From positions 85,820 through 149,819 of the forward strand of contig LBVU01000003.1 in the NCBI GenBank assembly GCA_000993205.1: a stretch of 64,000 nucleotides of DNA. The letters are read 5' to 3'. Below are positions 55,277 to 64,000 of the stretch, piece by piece. Under the pieces are notes generated by a model that was given only the letters and a program-made list of their open reading frames with translations, had not been told where the DNA came from and did no database searches. Each line of letters begins with the position of its first letter. The stretch's first letter is position 1. The position numbers were made by a program, and so were the translations under genes. This DNA comes from Candidatus Woesebacteria bacterium GW2011_GWB1_39_10 (GTDB lineage: Bacteria; Patescibacteriota; Microgenomatia; UBA8517).

Positions 55277-56209
55277 TTATTCTAACCGACCCTCCTCTTT
55301 TTTGCCATCTCCCAATCTTTGAGTGCTGCTGATCTTTTGTCCCAACTGGTTGAACGAGGAAAACACATTACCCATCATGTTATAAGCGTTATTCAAATGT
55401 TTTTGTAACGTACTTAGGTTTTCTTCGACCTTTCCATAATCTGTCTGAATCGCCCGCAATATTCTAAAAACTTCTTTGGATTTTGCTTCCAAATCTTTCC
55501 CCTCAAAAGAAAGAAGTAGAACTTGAAGATGGGCATATAAAGTGTTTGGAGACACCGGATAAACTCTCAGTCTGCGCGCAAAAGTGGAAAGTTCGGGAAT
55601 GTTTACCGCCTCGTAATAAACCGCCTCTGACGGAATATACATCAAGGCAAAATCCATCGTTCCCTCATCCGGTAAAATGTATTTTCTTGAAATATCCTCT
55701 ATGTGTGTCTTGACGTCGTTAATAAACTGTTTTCTTGCCGAGTCCCGAGCAGCTTCCGTTTGGGCTTTATGCATCAAATTAAAGTTTTCCATTGGAAACT
55801 TGGAGTCAATACACAAAAGCCCCGCGTCAGTTTTAAGAACCGCATCCACTTTTACTCCGGATTTGAAAGGATATTGGAGATGAAATGCGTTTTTGGGAAA
55901 AGTCTGGCCTATCATTTCTTTTAAAACCTCCTCCCCCAACCCCCCGCGAAGTTTTGGTGATTGCAGAAAATCCTGAAGAGTTCTAATTCCTTTTCCGATC
56001 TCACTCATCTCCCCCAAACTTCTTTGAAGCGCGCTCATTACGTGTGCCGCGTTATCCAAACGGTCGTTAAAAGATTTGCTTTGACCTTCCATCCTTTGGT
56101 GGGTAGACTTTAACCATTCAACAATTTCCCCGGATGGTTTTTTGTTTATGTTCAAATAGATGAGAATAACGAGAGCTATTGATATTATAATGAGTAATGA
56201 GAGTTCCAC
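55277..56209 (-). CDS. rmuC: DNA recombination protein RmuC
   Basis: N-terminal TM, coiled-coil and RmuC nuclease-like C-terminal pattern ('LMYIPSEAVYYEAV'). Confidence 0.7.
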   Translation of the reverse strand: MELSLLIIISIALVILIYLNINKKPSGEIVEWLKSTHQRMEGQSKSFNDRLDNAAHVMSALQRSLGEMSEIGKGIRTLQDFLQSPKLRGGLGEEVLKEMIGQTFPKNAFHLQYPFKSGVKVDAVLKTDAGLLCIDSKFPMENFNLMHKAQTEAARDSARKQFINDVKTHIEDISRKYILPDEGTMDFALMYIPSEAVYYEAVNIPELSTFARRLRVYPVSPNTLYAHLQVLLLSFEGKDLEAKSKEVFRILRAIQTDYGKVEENLSTLQKHLNNAYNMMGNVFSSFNQLGQKISSTQRLGDGKKEEGRLE

Positions 56210-56547
56210 GACATAAGTATATCAGGCGTACAGAGCAAAAACTAAAGCGTAAAAATTTCTTACCCACTCTTTTGGTCACAATTTTATTGTGGCTGGCGAC
56301 TTTCGGAATTGTTTACTTCGTGGATCCCGGAACTTTTGGCGCAATACCTCTTTTTTTTATTGTAGTTTTTTTGAGTTTCCTTTTTACTTTTTCACTCTTG
56401 TTTGCCGATAGCCGGCGTGGAATGGTTGCAACCATCGCATCAACCCTATTCCTTACACTTCTCTACTTGGGTGTTGGAAATATATTAAATTTAATTTTGA
56501 TTGTTGCAATTGCAGTTAGTATCGAGATATATTTCAGCTTGAAGTGA
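56197..56547 (+). CDS. Small hydrophobic membrane protein
   Basis: 116 aa with 3 TM segments. Confidence 0.4.
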   Translation: MRVPRHKYIRRTEQKLKRKNFLPTLLVTILLWLATFGIVYFVDPGTFGAIPLFFIVVFLSFLFTFSLLFADSRRGMVATIASTLFLTLLYLGVGNILNLILIVAIAVSIEIYFSLK

Positions 56548-56873
56548 ATCCATCTCTTAAAAAACAATTGCTCCGAACTTTCTCTCAGATGATTGATGAC
56601 CTTAAGGACCCAAAAGAGATCGAAATCTTTTTGACAGACTTTTTTGACGAGGCCGAGCTTGAAAAATATGTTAAAAGAATATCTATTGCCTATTGGTTAA
56701 AAAAGGGACGGGACTCGGAAAATATCAAAAGGAACTTATTGGCTACTTCAAAAGAGATAACAGAGGCCGAAAAATCTTTAAAAAAAGGGGGGGTCAGGCT
56801 CGCCCTCAAAAAAATCGAGGCAGAAGAGTGGGCGAATGTGTGGAGTGAAAAAATCAAGAAATTTAAAAAATAG
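56544..56873 (+). CDS. TrpR/YerC-YecD-like DNA-binding protein (second paralog)
   Basis: 'IEIFLTDFFDEAELEKYVKRISIAYWLKKGRDSENIKRNLLATSKEI' follows the same pattern as 24825..25274. Confidence 0.55.
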   Translation: MNPSLKKQLLRTFSQMIDDLKDPKEIEIFLTDFFDEAELEKYVKRISIAYWLKKGRDSENIKRNLLATSKEITEAEKSLKKGGVRLALKKIEAEEWANVWSEKIKKFKK

Positions 56874-56935
56874 TAGCTTCAAATACCCTTCACGAATGAT
56901 ATTTCCAATCTAGATTGTAGTGCTCACATTATTAG

Positions 56936-56964
56936 TTGACATATTGTTATTGTTGATTAATAAT
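56936..56964 (+). promoter_or_regulatory. Sigma70-like promoter (TTGACA-N17-AATAAT) giving a near-leaderless LAGLIDADG transcript
   Basis: TTGACA at 56936-56941 and AATAAT at 56959-56964. The ATG at 56971 is 7 nt downstream of the -10 element. Confidence 0.45.
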
Positions 56965-56970
56965 TTATTA

Positions 56971-57993
56971 ATGCCTCACACCAGAAAAAATATTAATTGT
57001 AACAAGTTGAAGGATCTGTATATCAAAAGAAAACTCTCACTTTTAAAAGTTGGTAAAATTCTAGGCTATTCTTCAAGAACAATTGAGATCAAAACCAAAG
57101 AATGTAAAATACCCATTAGAAAACCAGGTTCGATCCCTCCAAAGATAAGCGATAAAACATTAAAACATTTATATATTCAAAAAAAAATGTCTAGCAGAAA
57201 AATAGCAAAGATATATAAATGTGCCTATTCATATATTGACACTCGAATAAAATCAATGAATATCCCCAGAAGGAATCTTTCTATTGCTCATATTGTCTCG
57301 AAAAGAATTAACTTTTCTGGTGACGTAAATGAAAAAGCATATCTAATTGGTTTTAGAATTGGAGATCTAAGAGTTAGAAAGATGTACAAAAATAGCGAGT
57401 CTATTTTAGTTGACTGCGGTTCAACCAAGCTAGAACAAATAAGACTAATAAAAAGATTGTTTGAAAAATACGGAAGAATCTGGATTAGCAGACCTAAAAC
57501 TAATGGGAAAACTCAAATTGAGATTGGCGTCAATGAATCGTTTTCTTTTTTACTTCCTAAATACCAAATATTCCCTCATTGGACAATGAAAATGAAAAAA
57601 ACATTCTTGAACATTCTTGCTGGCTTTGTCGATGCTGAGGGAAGCTTTTTCATATCTAACAACAAAAAATCTGCTACTTTTTCACTCGGTAATTATAACA
57701 AATCGATTCTCGAACAAACAAAACAAAAGCTATATGGATACAATTTTCACGCAAACCTATTTCAAGGTGTTAAAAAAGGATATACAGGAAAAGACGGTTA
57801 TTCACACAGACAGGATTATTGGATATTGTCTATTTCAAGGAAAAAAGATTTACAATTATTTATCGAAACAATATCTTCTTATTTGAAACACAAGGACAGA
57901 ATAAAACAAACACAAAAAGTACTGGAAAATATAGAAATGAGAAACAAAAAACATGGCTTTATAGGCATGCAACGTGATAAACTTCAACCATGA
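56971..57993 (+). CDS. Free-standing LAGLIDADG homing endonuclease (two-motif, single-chain) with duplicated N-terminal HTH-like segments
   Basis: 'KAYLIGFRIGDLRVRK' and 'FLNILAGFVDAEGSFFIS' LAGLIDADG motifs. Stop overlaps the metG ATG (ATGA). The ORF extension to 56920 runs through its own promoter and is likely spurious. Confidence 0.8.
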   Translation: MPHTRKNINCNKLKDLYIKRKLSLLKVGKILGYSSRTIEIKTKECKIPIRKPGSIPPKISDKTLKHLYIQKKMSSRKIAKIYKCAYSYIDTRIKSMNIPRRNLSIAHIVSKRINFSGDVNEKAYLIGFRIGDLRVRKMYKNSESILVDCGSTKLEQIRLIKRLFEKYGRIWISRPKTNGKTQIEIGVNESFSFLLPKYQIFPHWTMKMKKTFLNILAGFVDAEGSFFISNNKKSATFSLGNYNKSILEQTKQKLYGYNFHANLFQGVKKGYTGKDGYSHRQDYWILSISRKKDLQLFIETISSYLKHKDRIKQTQKVLENIEMRNKKHGFIGMQRDKLQP

Positions 57994-59420
57994 TTGATAA
58001 AAAGTCTGTTTATATAACAACAACGCTCCCATATGTGAACTCTGACCCACATCTGGGATTTGCGCTGGAAATAACGCAAGCCGATACTGTTGCCAGATTT
58101 AAAAGGCAAGAAGGATTTGATGTCTTTTTTAATTTTGGCACCGACGAACATGGTTTAAAAATATACCAAAAAGCTCTCGAACAAGGAAAAGAAACTCAAA
58201 CATACGTTGATGAGTATGCTGAAAAATTTGATGCCCTTAAGAAAGCTTTAAACTTAAGCTATAACAATTTTATAAGAACCACAGACCCCCACCACATAAT
58301 GGCGGCTCGGGGGTTTTGGGAAAGATGTGATAAAAATGGAGATATTTACAAGAAAAATTATAAACAAAAATATTGTGTAGGTTGCGAGCTAGAGAAAACA
58401 GATTCTGAACTTATTGAAAACAAGTGTCCTCTGCATCCGAATCGGGATATAGAAATTATTGAAGAAGAAAACTACTTTTTTAAATTTAGTAAATATCAAC
58501 AGCCACTCCTAGAATTCTACAAAAAAAATCCAGATTTTGTAGTTCCAGATGGGAAATTTAGTGAGATAAGATCATTTGTTGAAGGTGGCCTTCAAGATTT
58601 TTCCATTTCTAGAATTAAGAACAAAATGCCTTGGGGAATTCCTGTTCCAAACGACCCAGAACATGTCATGTTCGTGTGGTTCGATGCTTTAGTAAATTAT
58701 GTATCTGCAATCGGATGGCCCGATGACATGAAGAAGTTTGATAAGTGGTGGCCCGTGGTTCAGTTTGCCGGAAAAGACAATTTAAGACAGCAAACTGCTA
58801 CATGGCAAGCAATGCTCATGAGCGCAGGAATTTCGAATTCAAAACAAATTTTTATACACGGATTTATTACAGTAAATGGTCAAAAAATTAGCAAAAGCCT
58901 AGGAAACACGATCAATCCAATAGATGTTGTAAAAAAATATGGGACTGACCCTGTTCGATACTATTTATTGTCTAAAATAAATCCATATGACGATTCAGAT
59001 TTTACTTTTGAAAAATTTGAAGATGTTTATAATGGTGACCTGGCAAACGGACTTGGAAATTTGGTTTCCAGATGCGCTAAGCTTTGCGAGAATTCCAGTT
59101 TCGATTTCCCGTATGATATATCGATATATCATATTCTTGATAAAAAAATTGAGGTATCTCTAAATGATTATAGATTTGACGAGGCGCTGAAAATAGTTTG
59201 GACCAAAGTCGCTGAAACAGATAAATATATCAACGAAAACGAACCATGGAAGTTGGAGGGAGACAAACTCAAGGGGGTCCTTAGCAGCTCAGTTGAATCC
59301 ATAAGACATATTGCATATAACTTGAAGTCATTCCTCCCTGAAACTGCAGAAAAAATTGAAGCTCAATTTAAGGGCCCAAAAATAAAATCCGACAGATCGT
59401 TATTCCCCCGTTTGCCATAG
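57990..59420 (+). CDS. metG: Methionyl-tRNA synthetase (short form) with an HLGF variant of the HIGH motif
   Basis: 'YITTTLPYVNSDPHLGFALE', 'KISKSLGN' (KMSKS), 'CVGCELE...CPLH' knuckle. Confidence 0.85.
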   Translation: MIDKKSVYITTTLPYVNSDPHLGFALEITQADTVARFKRQEGFDVFFNFGTDEHGLKIYQKALEQGKETQTYVDEYAEKFDALKKALNLSYNNFIRTTDPHHIMAARGFWERCDKNGDIYKKNYKQKYCVGCELEKTDSELIENKCPLHPNRDIEIIEEENYFFKFSKYQQPLLEFYKKNPDFVVPDGKFSEIRSFVEGGLQDFSISRIKNKMPWGIPVPNDPEHVMFVWFDALVNYVSAIGWPDDMKKFDKWWPVVQFAGKDNLRQQTATWQAMLMSAGISNSKQIFIHGFITVNGQKISKSLGNTINPIDVVKKYGTDPVRYYLLSKINPYDDSDFTFEKFEDVYNGDLANGLGNLVSRCAKLCENSSFDFPYDISIYHILDKKIEVSLNDYRFDEALKIVWTKVAETDKYINENEPWKLEGDKLKGVLSSSVESIRHIAYNLKSFLPETAEKIEAQFKGPKIKSDRSLFPRLP

Positions 59421-59453
59421 CTCTTTACGGTTTAAACCGTTAAACAATTTAAA

Positions 59454-60944
59454 ATGAGGAACTACATCATCAAACACGAAAAAGGTATCTTACGGGCCTT
59501 GGAAATTTTACCAGGGTTAGTCTCCTGGAACCTCATTCTCTTCCCCTATTGGGGAATTCTGGTTATCCCCGTTGTTGTTGCCTATTTCATACTTTTTTTC
59601 AATATTTACTGGTTTTATCAATCACTCCAAATTGCAATTTCCTCAATCGTCTCGCACCTTAAAATTCAGTCGGCTAAGATTTACGACTGGATGGGAGATG
59701 TTAGAGGATTCTCCGATTGGGAAAGAGTCAGACACATTGTAATTATTCCAACATACAACGAACCGATTCATATTTTGGAAAGAACCCTCAGGTCCCTCGC
59801 CGATCAGGAATTCCCAACTAAACACATAATTCCAGTAGTGGCTATGGAAGGAAAGGAAACACGCGAAGCGCGAAATGACAAATTTCAAATACTAAATAAT
59901 AAATTTGGGGAAAAATTTAGTCACTTATACATGACTGTCCACGAACTGGAAATGGGGGAAGTGACCGGAAAAGCTTCTAATGAGAGATTCGCAGCTGTCT
60001 GGATCAAAAAAAACTATATTGACTTAAATAAAATCGATATTAATTATGTAACAGTGACCAGTTGCGACGCGGACCATAAATTCCATCCTAAGCATTTCGC
60101 AAATTTAACTTACAAATTTCTGGACAATCCAAAAAGATATAAAACTTTTTGGCAACCGGCTGTTATGTTTTATAATAATATTTGGGAAATTCCCGCAATT
60201 ACACGAGTTCCAAATACTCTTATGACAATTTGGAATCTTTCACTCCTCCCCAGACACGACAGGCTTATTAACGCTCAGAATTACTCTCTTTCTTTTAAAC
60301 TTCTAGATTCTGTGGGCTATTGGGATCCGGATAAAATTCCGGAAGATTGGGGATTATTCTTTAAGGCGTTTTATAAGAGTGGCGGCGGGATCGAGGTGGA
60401 ACCTATTTATCTACCCCTAATGGCCGATGCTGCCCAATCTTCTTCATTTTGGAAAACTTTGCAAAATCAATATCAACAAATTCAAAGGTGGGCGTGGGGA
60501 GTAAGCGACGATCCTTGGATTATAAAAAGTTATTTGCTTGCTAGAGACGTTCCTTTTTGGGATAAAACCACCCGCCTGTTCCAAGTGATTTGGGCCCATT
60601 TCCTCTGGCCCGTTAACTGGTTTATCATCACAATAGGCTTAACACTGCCAACACTTCTAAATCCAGCCTTTGGTAGAACAGCACTGGGTTATACCATTCC
60701 CAAACTTTCCTCTTTTATTCTAACCGTTTCGTTGATTTTTCTGGTCGTTGTACTTGTAATCGACAACATCCAAAAACCGGTAAGACCTAAGGAGGTTTCT
60801 GTGTGGAAACAAATTCTCGCACCATTTGAATTTGTTTTAATGCCCATTGCCGGGTTTTTCTTTTCCGCTCTGCCCGGCCTCGATGCGCACACGAGGCTTA
60901 TGCTAGGCAAGTACATCGAGTACAGGGTGACAGAGAAAATGTAG
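59454..60944 (+). CDS. Processive GT2 membrane glycosyltransferase (cellulose/chitin/hyaluronan-synthase-like)
   Basis: 'TSCDADH' (DxD) and 'QQIQRWAWG' (QxxRW). N- and C-terminal TM segments. Confidence 0.8.
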   Translation: MRNYIIKHEKGILRALEILPGLVSWNLILFPYWGILVIPVVVAYFILFFNIYWFYQSLQIAISSIVSHLKIQSAKIYDWMGDVRGFSDWERVRHIVIIPTYNEPIHILERTLRSLADQEFPTKHIIPVVAMEGKETREARNDKFQILNNKFGEKFSHLYMTVHELEMGEVTGKASNERFAAVWIKKNYIDLNKIDINYVTVTSCDADHKFHPKHFANLTYKFLDNPKRYKTFWQPAVMFYNNIWEIPAITRVPNTLMTIWNLSLLPRHDRLINAQNYSLSFKLLDSVGYWDPDKIPEDWGLFFKAFYKSGGGIEVEPIYLPLMADAAQSSSFWKTLQNQYQQIQRWAWGVSDDPWIIKSYLLARDVPFWDKTTRLFQVIWAHFLWPVNWFIITIGLTLPTLLNPAFGRTALGYTIPKLSSFILTVSLIFLVVVLVIDNIQKPVRPKEVSVWKQILAPFEFVLMPIAGFFFSALPGLDAHTRLMLGKYIEYRVTEKM

Positions 60945-60967
60945 CCCCAATTTTTAATTCTAAATTC

Positions 60968-61912
60968 TTAATTATTAATTGATTTGTAATATTCAATCGT
61001 CTTTAGAAGGCCTTTGTCTACACTCACCACAGGTTTCCAGTTTAAAAATCTTTCGGTTTTGCTTATATCCGGCCGTCTTTGTTTTGGATCGTCCGGTGGA
61101 AGTTCTTTATTTATAATATCGGACGCAGAATCTGTCATTTCCCTGATCTTTTTGGCCAAATCATTCATTGAATATTCCTCCGGGTTTCCCAAATTAAAAA
61201 CTTCCCCGGTTGTTCCCTCAGTAAACATCACTTTTGTTAGACCCTCAACCAAATCGCTTACAAAACAAAAAGAGCGCGTTTGTGTTCCATCGCCATAAAT
61301 GGTGATCGGTTCATTTGTTAAGGCCGCATTGATAAAATTACTTACTACCCGTCCATCGTTTACCTGCATTCTGGGACCGTAGGTGTTAAAAATTCTTACA
61401 ACACTCGCATCTAAATTATATTTATGTAGATAAACGTATGTTGCCGATTCTGCAAATCTTTTACTCTCATCGTAACAAGAACGAGGACCAAAGGTGTTAA
61501 CGTTCCCCCAATATGTTTCTTTTTGAGGATGTTCCAGAGGGTCCCCGTAGACTTCTGACGTCGAAGCAATCAATATCTTGGCACTCATTTTTTTTGCCAA
61601 TTCCAACATATTAATTGTACCCATGGAATTGGTCAAAAGTGTTTCTTCTGGGTAATTTTGATAATCAACAGGAGACGCCGGGGAGGCCAAGTGAAATATA
61701 TAGCTAATATCTAAAAGCGAAGAACTAAGAGGTTTGGTAACGTCGGACTCTACAAATTCAAAGTTGGGGTTATCCAGAAGGTGTTCTATATTCTTTTTTG
61801 AACCAGTAAGAAAGTTATCCAGACAAATTACTTCATAATCTTTTCCGATAAGAAAATCGCAAAGGTGAGAACCAATAAACCCCGCCCCGCCTGTTACCAA
61901 GACTTTTTGCAT
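60968..61912 (-). CDS. UDP-glucuronate decarboxylase / UDP-xylose synthase (SDR)
   Basis: 'VLVTGGAGFIGSHL', 'YDESKRFAE' (YxxxK), 314 aa. Confidence 0.85.
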   Translation of the reverse strand: MQKVLVTGGAGFIGSHLCDFLIGKDYEVICLDNFLTGSKKNIEHLLDNPNFEFVESDVTKPLSSSLLDISYIFHLASPASPVDYQNYPEETLLTNSMGTINMLELAKKMSAKILIASTSEVYGDPLEHPQKETYWGNVNTFGPRSCYDESKRFAESATYVYLHKYNLDASVVRIFNTYGPRMQVNDGRVVSNFINAALTNEPITIYGDGTQTRSFCFVSDLVEGLTKVMFTEGTTGEVFNLGNPEEYSMNDLAKKIREMTDSASDIINKELPPDDPKQRRPDISKTERFLNWKPVVSVDKGLLKTIEYYKSINN

Positions 61913-61953
61913 ATGGGCAAATTATACATTAAACTGATTTAAGATAACATTCT

Positions 61954-61973
61954 TCGCAAACAAAAGTTTGCGA
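61954..61973. promoter_or_regulatory. Hairpin TCGCAAAC-aaaa-GTTTGCGA in a divergent intergenic region
   Basis: Perfect 8-bp inverted repeat between the UXS and GT-C gene starts. Confidence 0.45.
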
Positions 61974-61989
61974 TTCCCCTTGAGGGAGA

Positions 61990-63546
61990 ATGATATATCA
62001 GGTTCAATTCCTCCCTGAATTAAAATTCAGGGTATCCTTGAAATCTGTTATGAAATCTCTTTGGCAAAAATTTCACAAAATTGGCGACACCTTACGTCTC
62101 CCAAATATTCCAAATTGGCTCTGTGGACTTTTATTTTTAGTGTTAATTCTTAGAATTCCATCCTTTTTCGAACCATATTATTACGGTGATGAGATGGTAT
62201 ATATGACACTGGGACAAGGGGTTCGCCAGGGATTGTCCTTATATAGAGATGTTTATGACAATAAGCCCCCCCTCCTATATTTGGCCGCTGCTACCGCCGA
62301 CAATCTCTTCTGGTTTAAAGTAATACTTGCCTTTTGGATGCTTATTTCCTCTATTTGGTTTTACAAGCTGTCAAAAACTCTTTTTGGCCAGAATGAAGGA
62401 GCGCAAAAAATTTCGACAATTGTTTTTGCCATTCTTACCACTCTTCCACTGCTCGAGGGCAACACTGTAAACTCCGAACTTTTTATGATTGGTTTTACGA
62501 TCCTCGCTCTGTTGACTCTACTTAAACACAGACTTACATCAAAGAGAGTCTTATTTGCCGGAATCCTTTTGGGGCTTGGCACACTCTTCAAAGTTCCCGC
62601 AGCTTTCGATGCCCCGATAATCGTCGTCTACTGGTTAATAACGGGCGACCTTAAAAAAGAATGGAAAGAAATAATTAAGAATACATTTGTCCTAATTCTT
62701 GGATTTACACTACCAATTGTTTTAACTTTTATCTGGTACTATTTTGCCGGCGCCTTGCCTGAATATATCAAGGCTGCATTTTTACAGAACATAGGATACC
62801 TAAGTAGTTTTAGGCCCAGTGATATCCAAAAACCATTTATCATTAGAAATGCTCCGTTATTGACCAGGGCTCTGATTGTTCTTATTGGATCAATTGTCAT
62901 ATGGTTTTTTAGAAAAAAACTTTCAAAGAGATTTATTTTATTTGCGGTTTGGACTCTTTTTGCGCTTTTTGCGATAACGCTTTCGGAAAGGCCATATCCG
63001 CATTATTTTATACAGGTAGTAGCCCCGATCTCATTTCTTCTAACTATGTTTTTTACCAGCAAAAATATTGAACAATCACTTGCCGTAATTCCCTTGGCAA
63101 TAGCCTTTACTGTCCCCGTCCTTTATAAATTTTATCTTTACCCCACTACCAGTTACTATTTGCGTTTTGTAAATTTTGCCACCCATAAAATTAACAAGAG
63201 TGTATATTTTGACGGCTTTTCCTCAACAACAAACAGAAATTATCAAATTGCCCTGTTTTTGTCGCAATCAAGCCGCAAAACTGATCGAGTATTTATGTGG
63301 GATCCAGATTCAGCAGCGGTCTATTCCCTGGCCAAAAGACTTCCTCCAATCAAATACGTAGTACCTTACCACGTAAACGATTTTTCGTCCCGCATCATAA
63401 TTGCCAAACAGATTGAAGCAAATCCTCCTAGATTTATTATTCTTACATCCGGAAATCCTTACCCGGAATTGACTGTACTAATTGCCAATAAATATATTCT
63501 ATTGCAACAGATAGACGGAGCAAATATATACTCCTCACTTCCTTAA
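61990..63546 (+). CDS. GT-C membrane glycosyltransferase (ArnT/PMT-like)
   Basis: 'YYYGDEMVYM' DE motif and multiple TM segments. Start may be the downstream ATG at about 62050. Confidence 0.65.
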   Translation: MIYQVQFLPELKFRVSLKSVMKSLWQKFHKIGDTLRLPNIPNWLCGLLFLVLILRIPSFFEPYYYGDEMVYMTLGQGVRQGLSLYRDVYDNKPPLLYLAAATADNLFWFKVILAFWMLISSIWFYKLSKTLFGQNEGAQKISTIVFAILTTLPLLEGNTVNSELFMIGFTILALLTLLKHRLTSKRVLFAGILLGLGTLFKVPAAFDAPIIVVYWLITGDLKKEWKEIIKNTFVLILGFTLPIVLTFIWYYFAGALPEYIKAAFLQNIGYLSSFRPSDIQKPFIIRNAPLLTRALIVLIGSIVIWFFRKKLSKRFILFAVWTLFALFAITLSERPYPHYFIQVVAPISFLLTMFFTSKNIEQSLAVIPLAIAFTVPVLYKFYLYPTTSYYLRFVNFATHKINKSVYFDGFSSTTNRNYQIALFLSQSSRKTDRVFMWDPDSAAVYSLAKRLPPIKYVVPYHVNDFSSRIIIAKQIEANPPRFIILTSGNPYPELTVLIANKYILLQQIDGANIYSSLP

Positions 63547-63567
63547 CTGTGGTAAAATCTCCATATC

Positions 63568-63927
63568 GTGTCTACTAAAACAGAAATCATTTCCTCGTGG
63601 CAAAGAACGCCTTTCAAGGAGTATTTTTATGCATCTCTCTGTCTCGGCATTTTTTCGATTTTATCAATATTTGTATTTAAAGGATCTCTTCCTCCGATTG
63701 TCCCTCTTTTTTATGGCCGTCCTTCCGGAGAATCACAATTGGTTCCTGTTCTAAACTTGTTTTTCGCTCCATTTGTCTCAATTGTTGTGACTTTGGTAAA
63801 TTCCGGCCTTGCGCTTTTAACGGAAAGCGCTTTTTCCAAAAGGATCCTAATTGCGGCAGCATTTCTTTTTTCCCTTTTGACAACAATTACTGTTTTAAAA
63901 ATAATTTTTTTGGTAGGCTTTTTTTAA
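63568..63927 (+). CDS. Small membrane protein
   Basis: 119 aa with 3 TM segments. Confidence 0.4.
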   Translation: MSTKTEIISSWQRTPFKEYFYASLCLGIFSILSIFVFKGSLPPIVPLFYGRPSGESQLVPVLNLFFAPFVSIVVTLVNSGLALLTESAFSKRILIAAAFLFSLLTTITVLKIIFLVGFF

Positions 63928-64000
63928 CTATACAATCAATGAATATTAATAACCTTTTTTTCCTACCCTGGACCATCGCAGGAATTTTGTCTTTTTTAAT

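Noticed and set aside
59432-59445. ACGGTTTAAACCGT palindrome after metG as a terminator
   Set aside because: It has only a 5-bp stem with a 4-nt loop and no U-tract. That is too weak to call.
1-64000. tRNA, rRNA and CRISPR arrays
   Set aside because: No GTTCGAATC/GGTTCGA-type T-arm signatures, no rRNA-like conserved blocks, and no spaced direct-repeat arrays were seen on reading the intergenic regions.

Overview
This is a low-GC bacterial segment with dense, often overlapping genes and many small membrane proteins. The gene content looks like a streamlined, CPR/Patescibacteria-like organism with a Gram-positive-type envelope (two FemAB paralogs, an LCP protein, LPXTG-like C-terminal anchors and many PMT/ArnT-type GT-C glycosyltransferases). 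That lineage call is inference only.

Core backbone, in order:
- ftsK (5' partial), RNase J, family-4 UDG, a YfcE-type phosphoesterase
- nusA–infB(short)–[DHH-like]–[hypothetical]–[VapC/RHH TA]–rpsO–pnp
- hrcA–grpE–dnaK–dnaJ, with a CIRCE operator abutting the hrcA start
- murJ, rpsT, pilN–pilO plus surface-protein genes
- LCP, uvrD/pcrA, two femAB genes, a UvrD-helicase/Cas4-like nuclease fusion
- CBS protein, MBL hydrolase, ALDH, rmuC, metG, GT2 synthase, UDP-xylose synthase, further GT-C genes

Accessory or unusual content:
- A GC-shifted island at about 6.2–10.5 kb: two unknown GC-rich ORFs, a frameshifted GIY-YIG gene, a Lon-like AAA+ ATPase with neither N-domain nor protease domain, a class-II-type Fic protein and a DinD/Bro-N protein.
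- Two type II TA pairs.
- A free-standing LAGLIDADG homing endonuclease overlapping the metG start.
- Two TrpR/YerC-like regulators associated with a thrice-repeated AT-rich palindrome.
- A GC-rich ~29-bp repeat family in five same-orientation copies, three inserted in-frame inside hrcA and the helicase-nuclease gene (RPE-like). This is the most unusual signal.
- A conserved RBS-sequestering leader element shared by infB and dnaK.

No rRNA, tRNA or CRISPR array was recognised.
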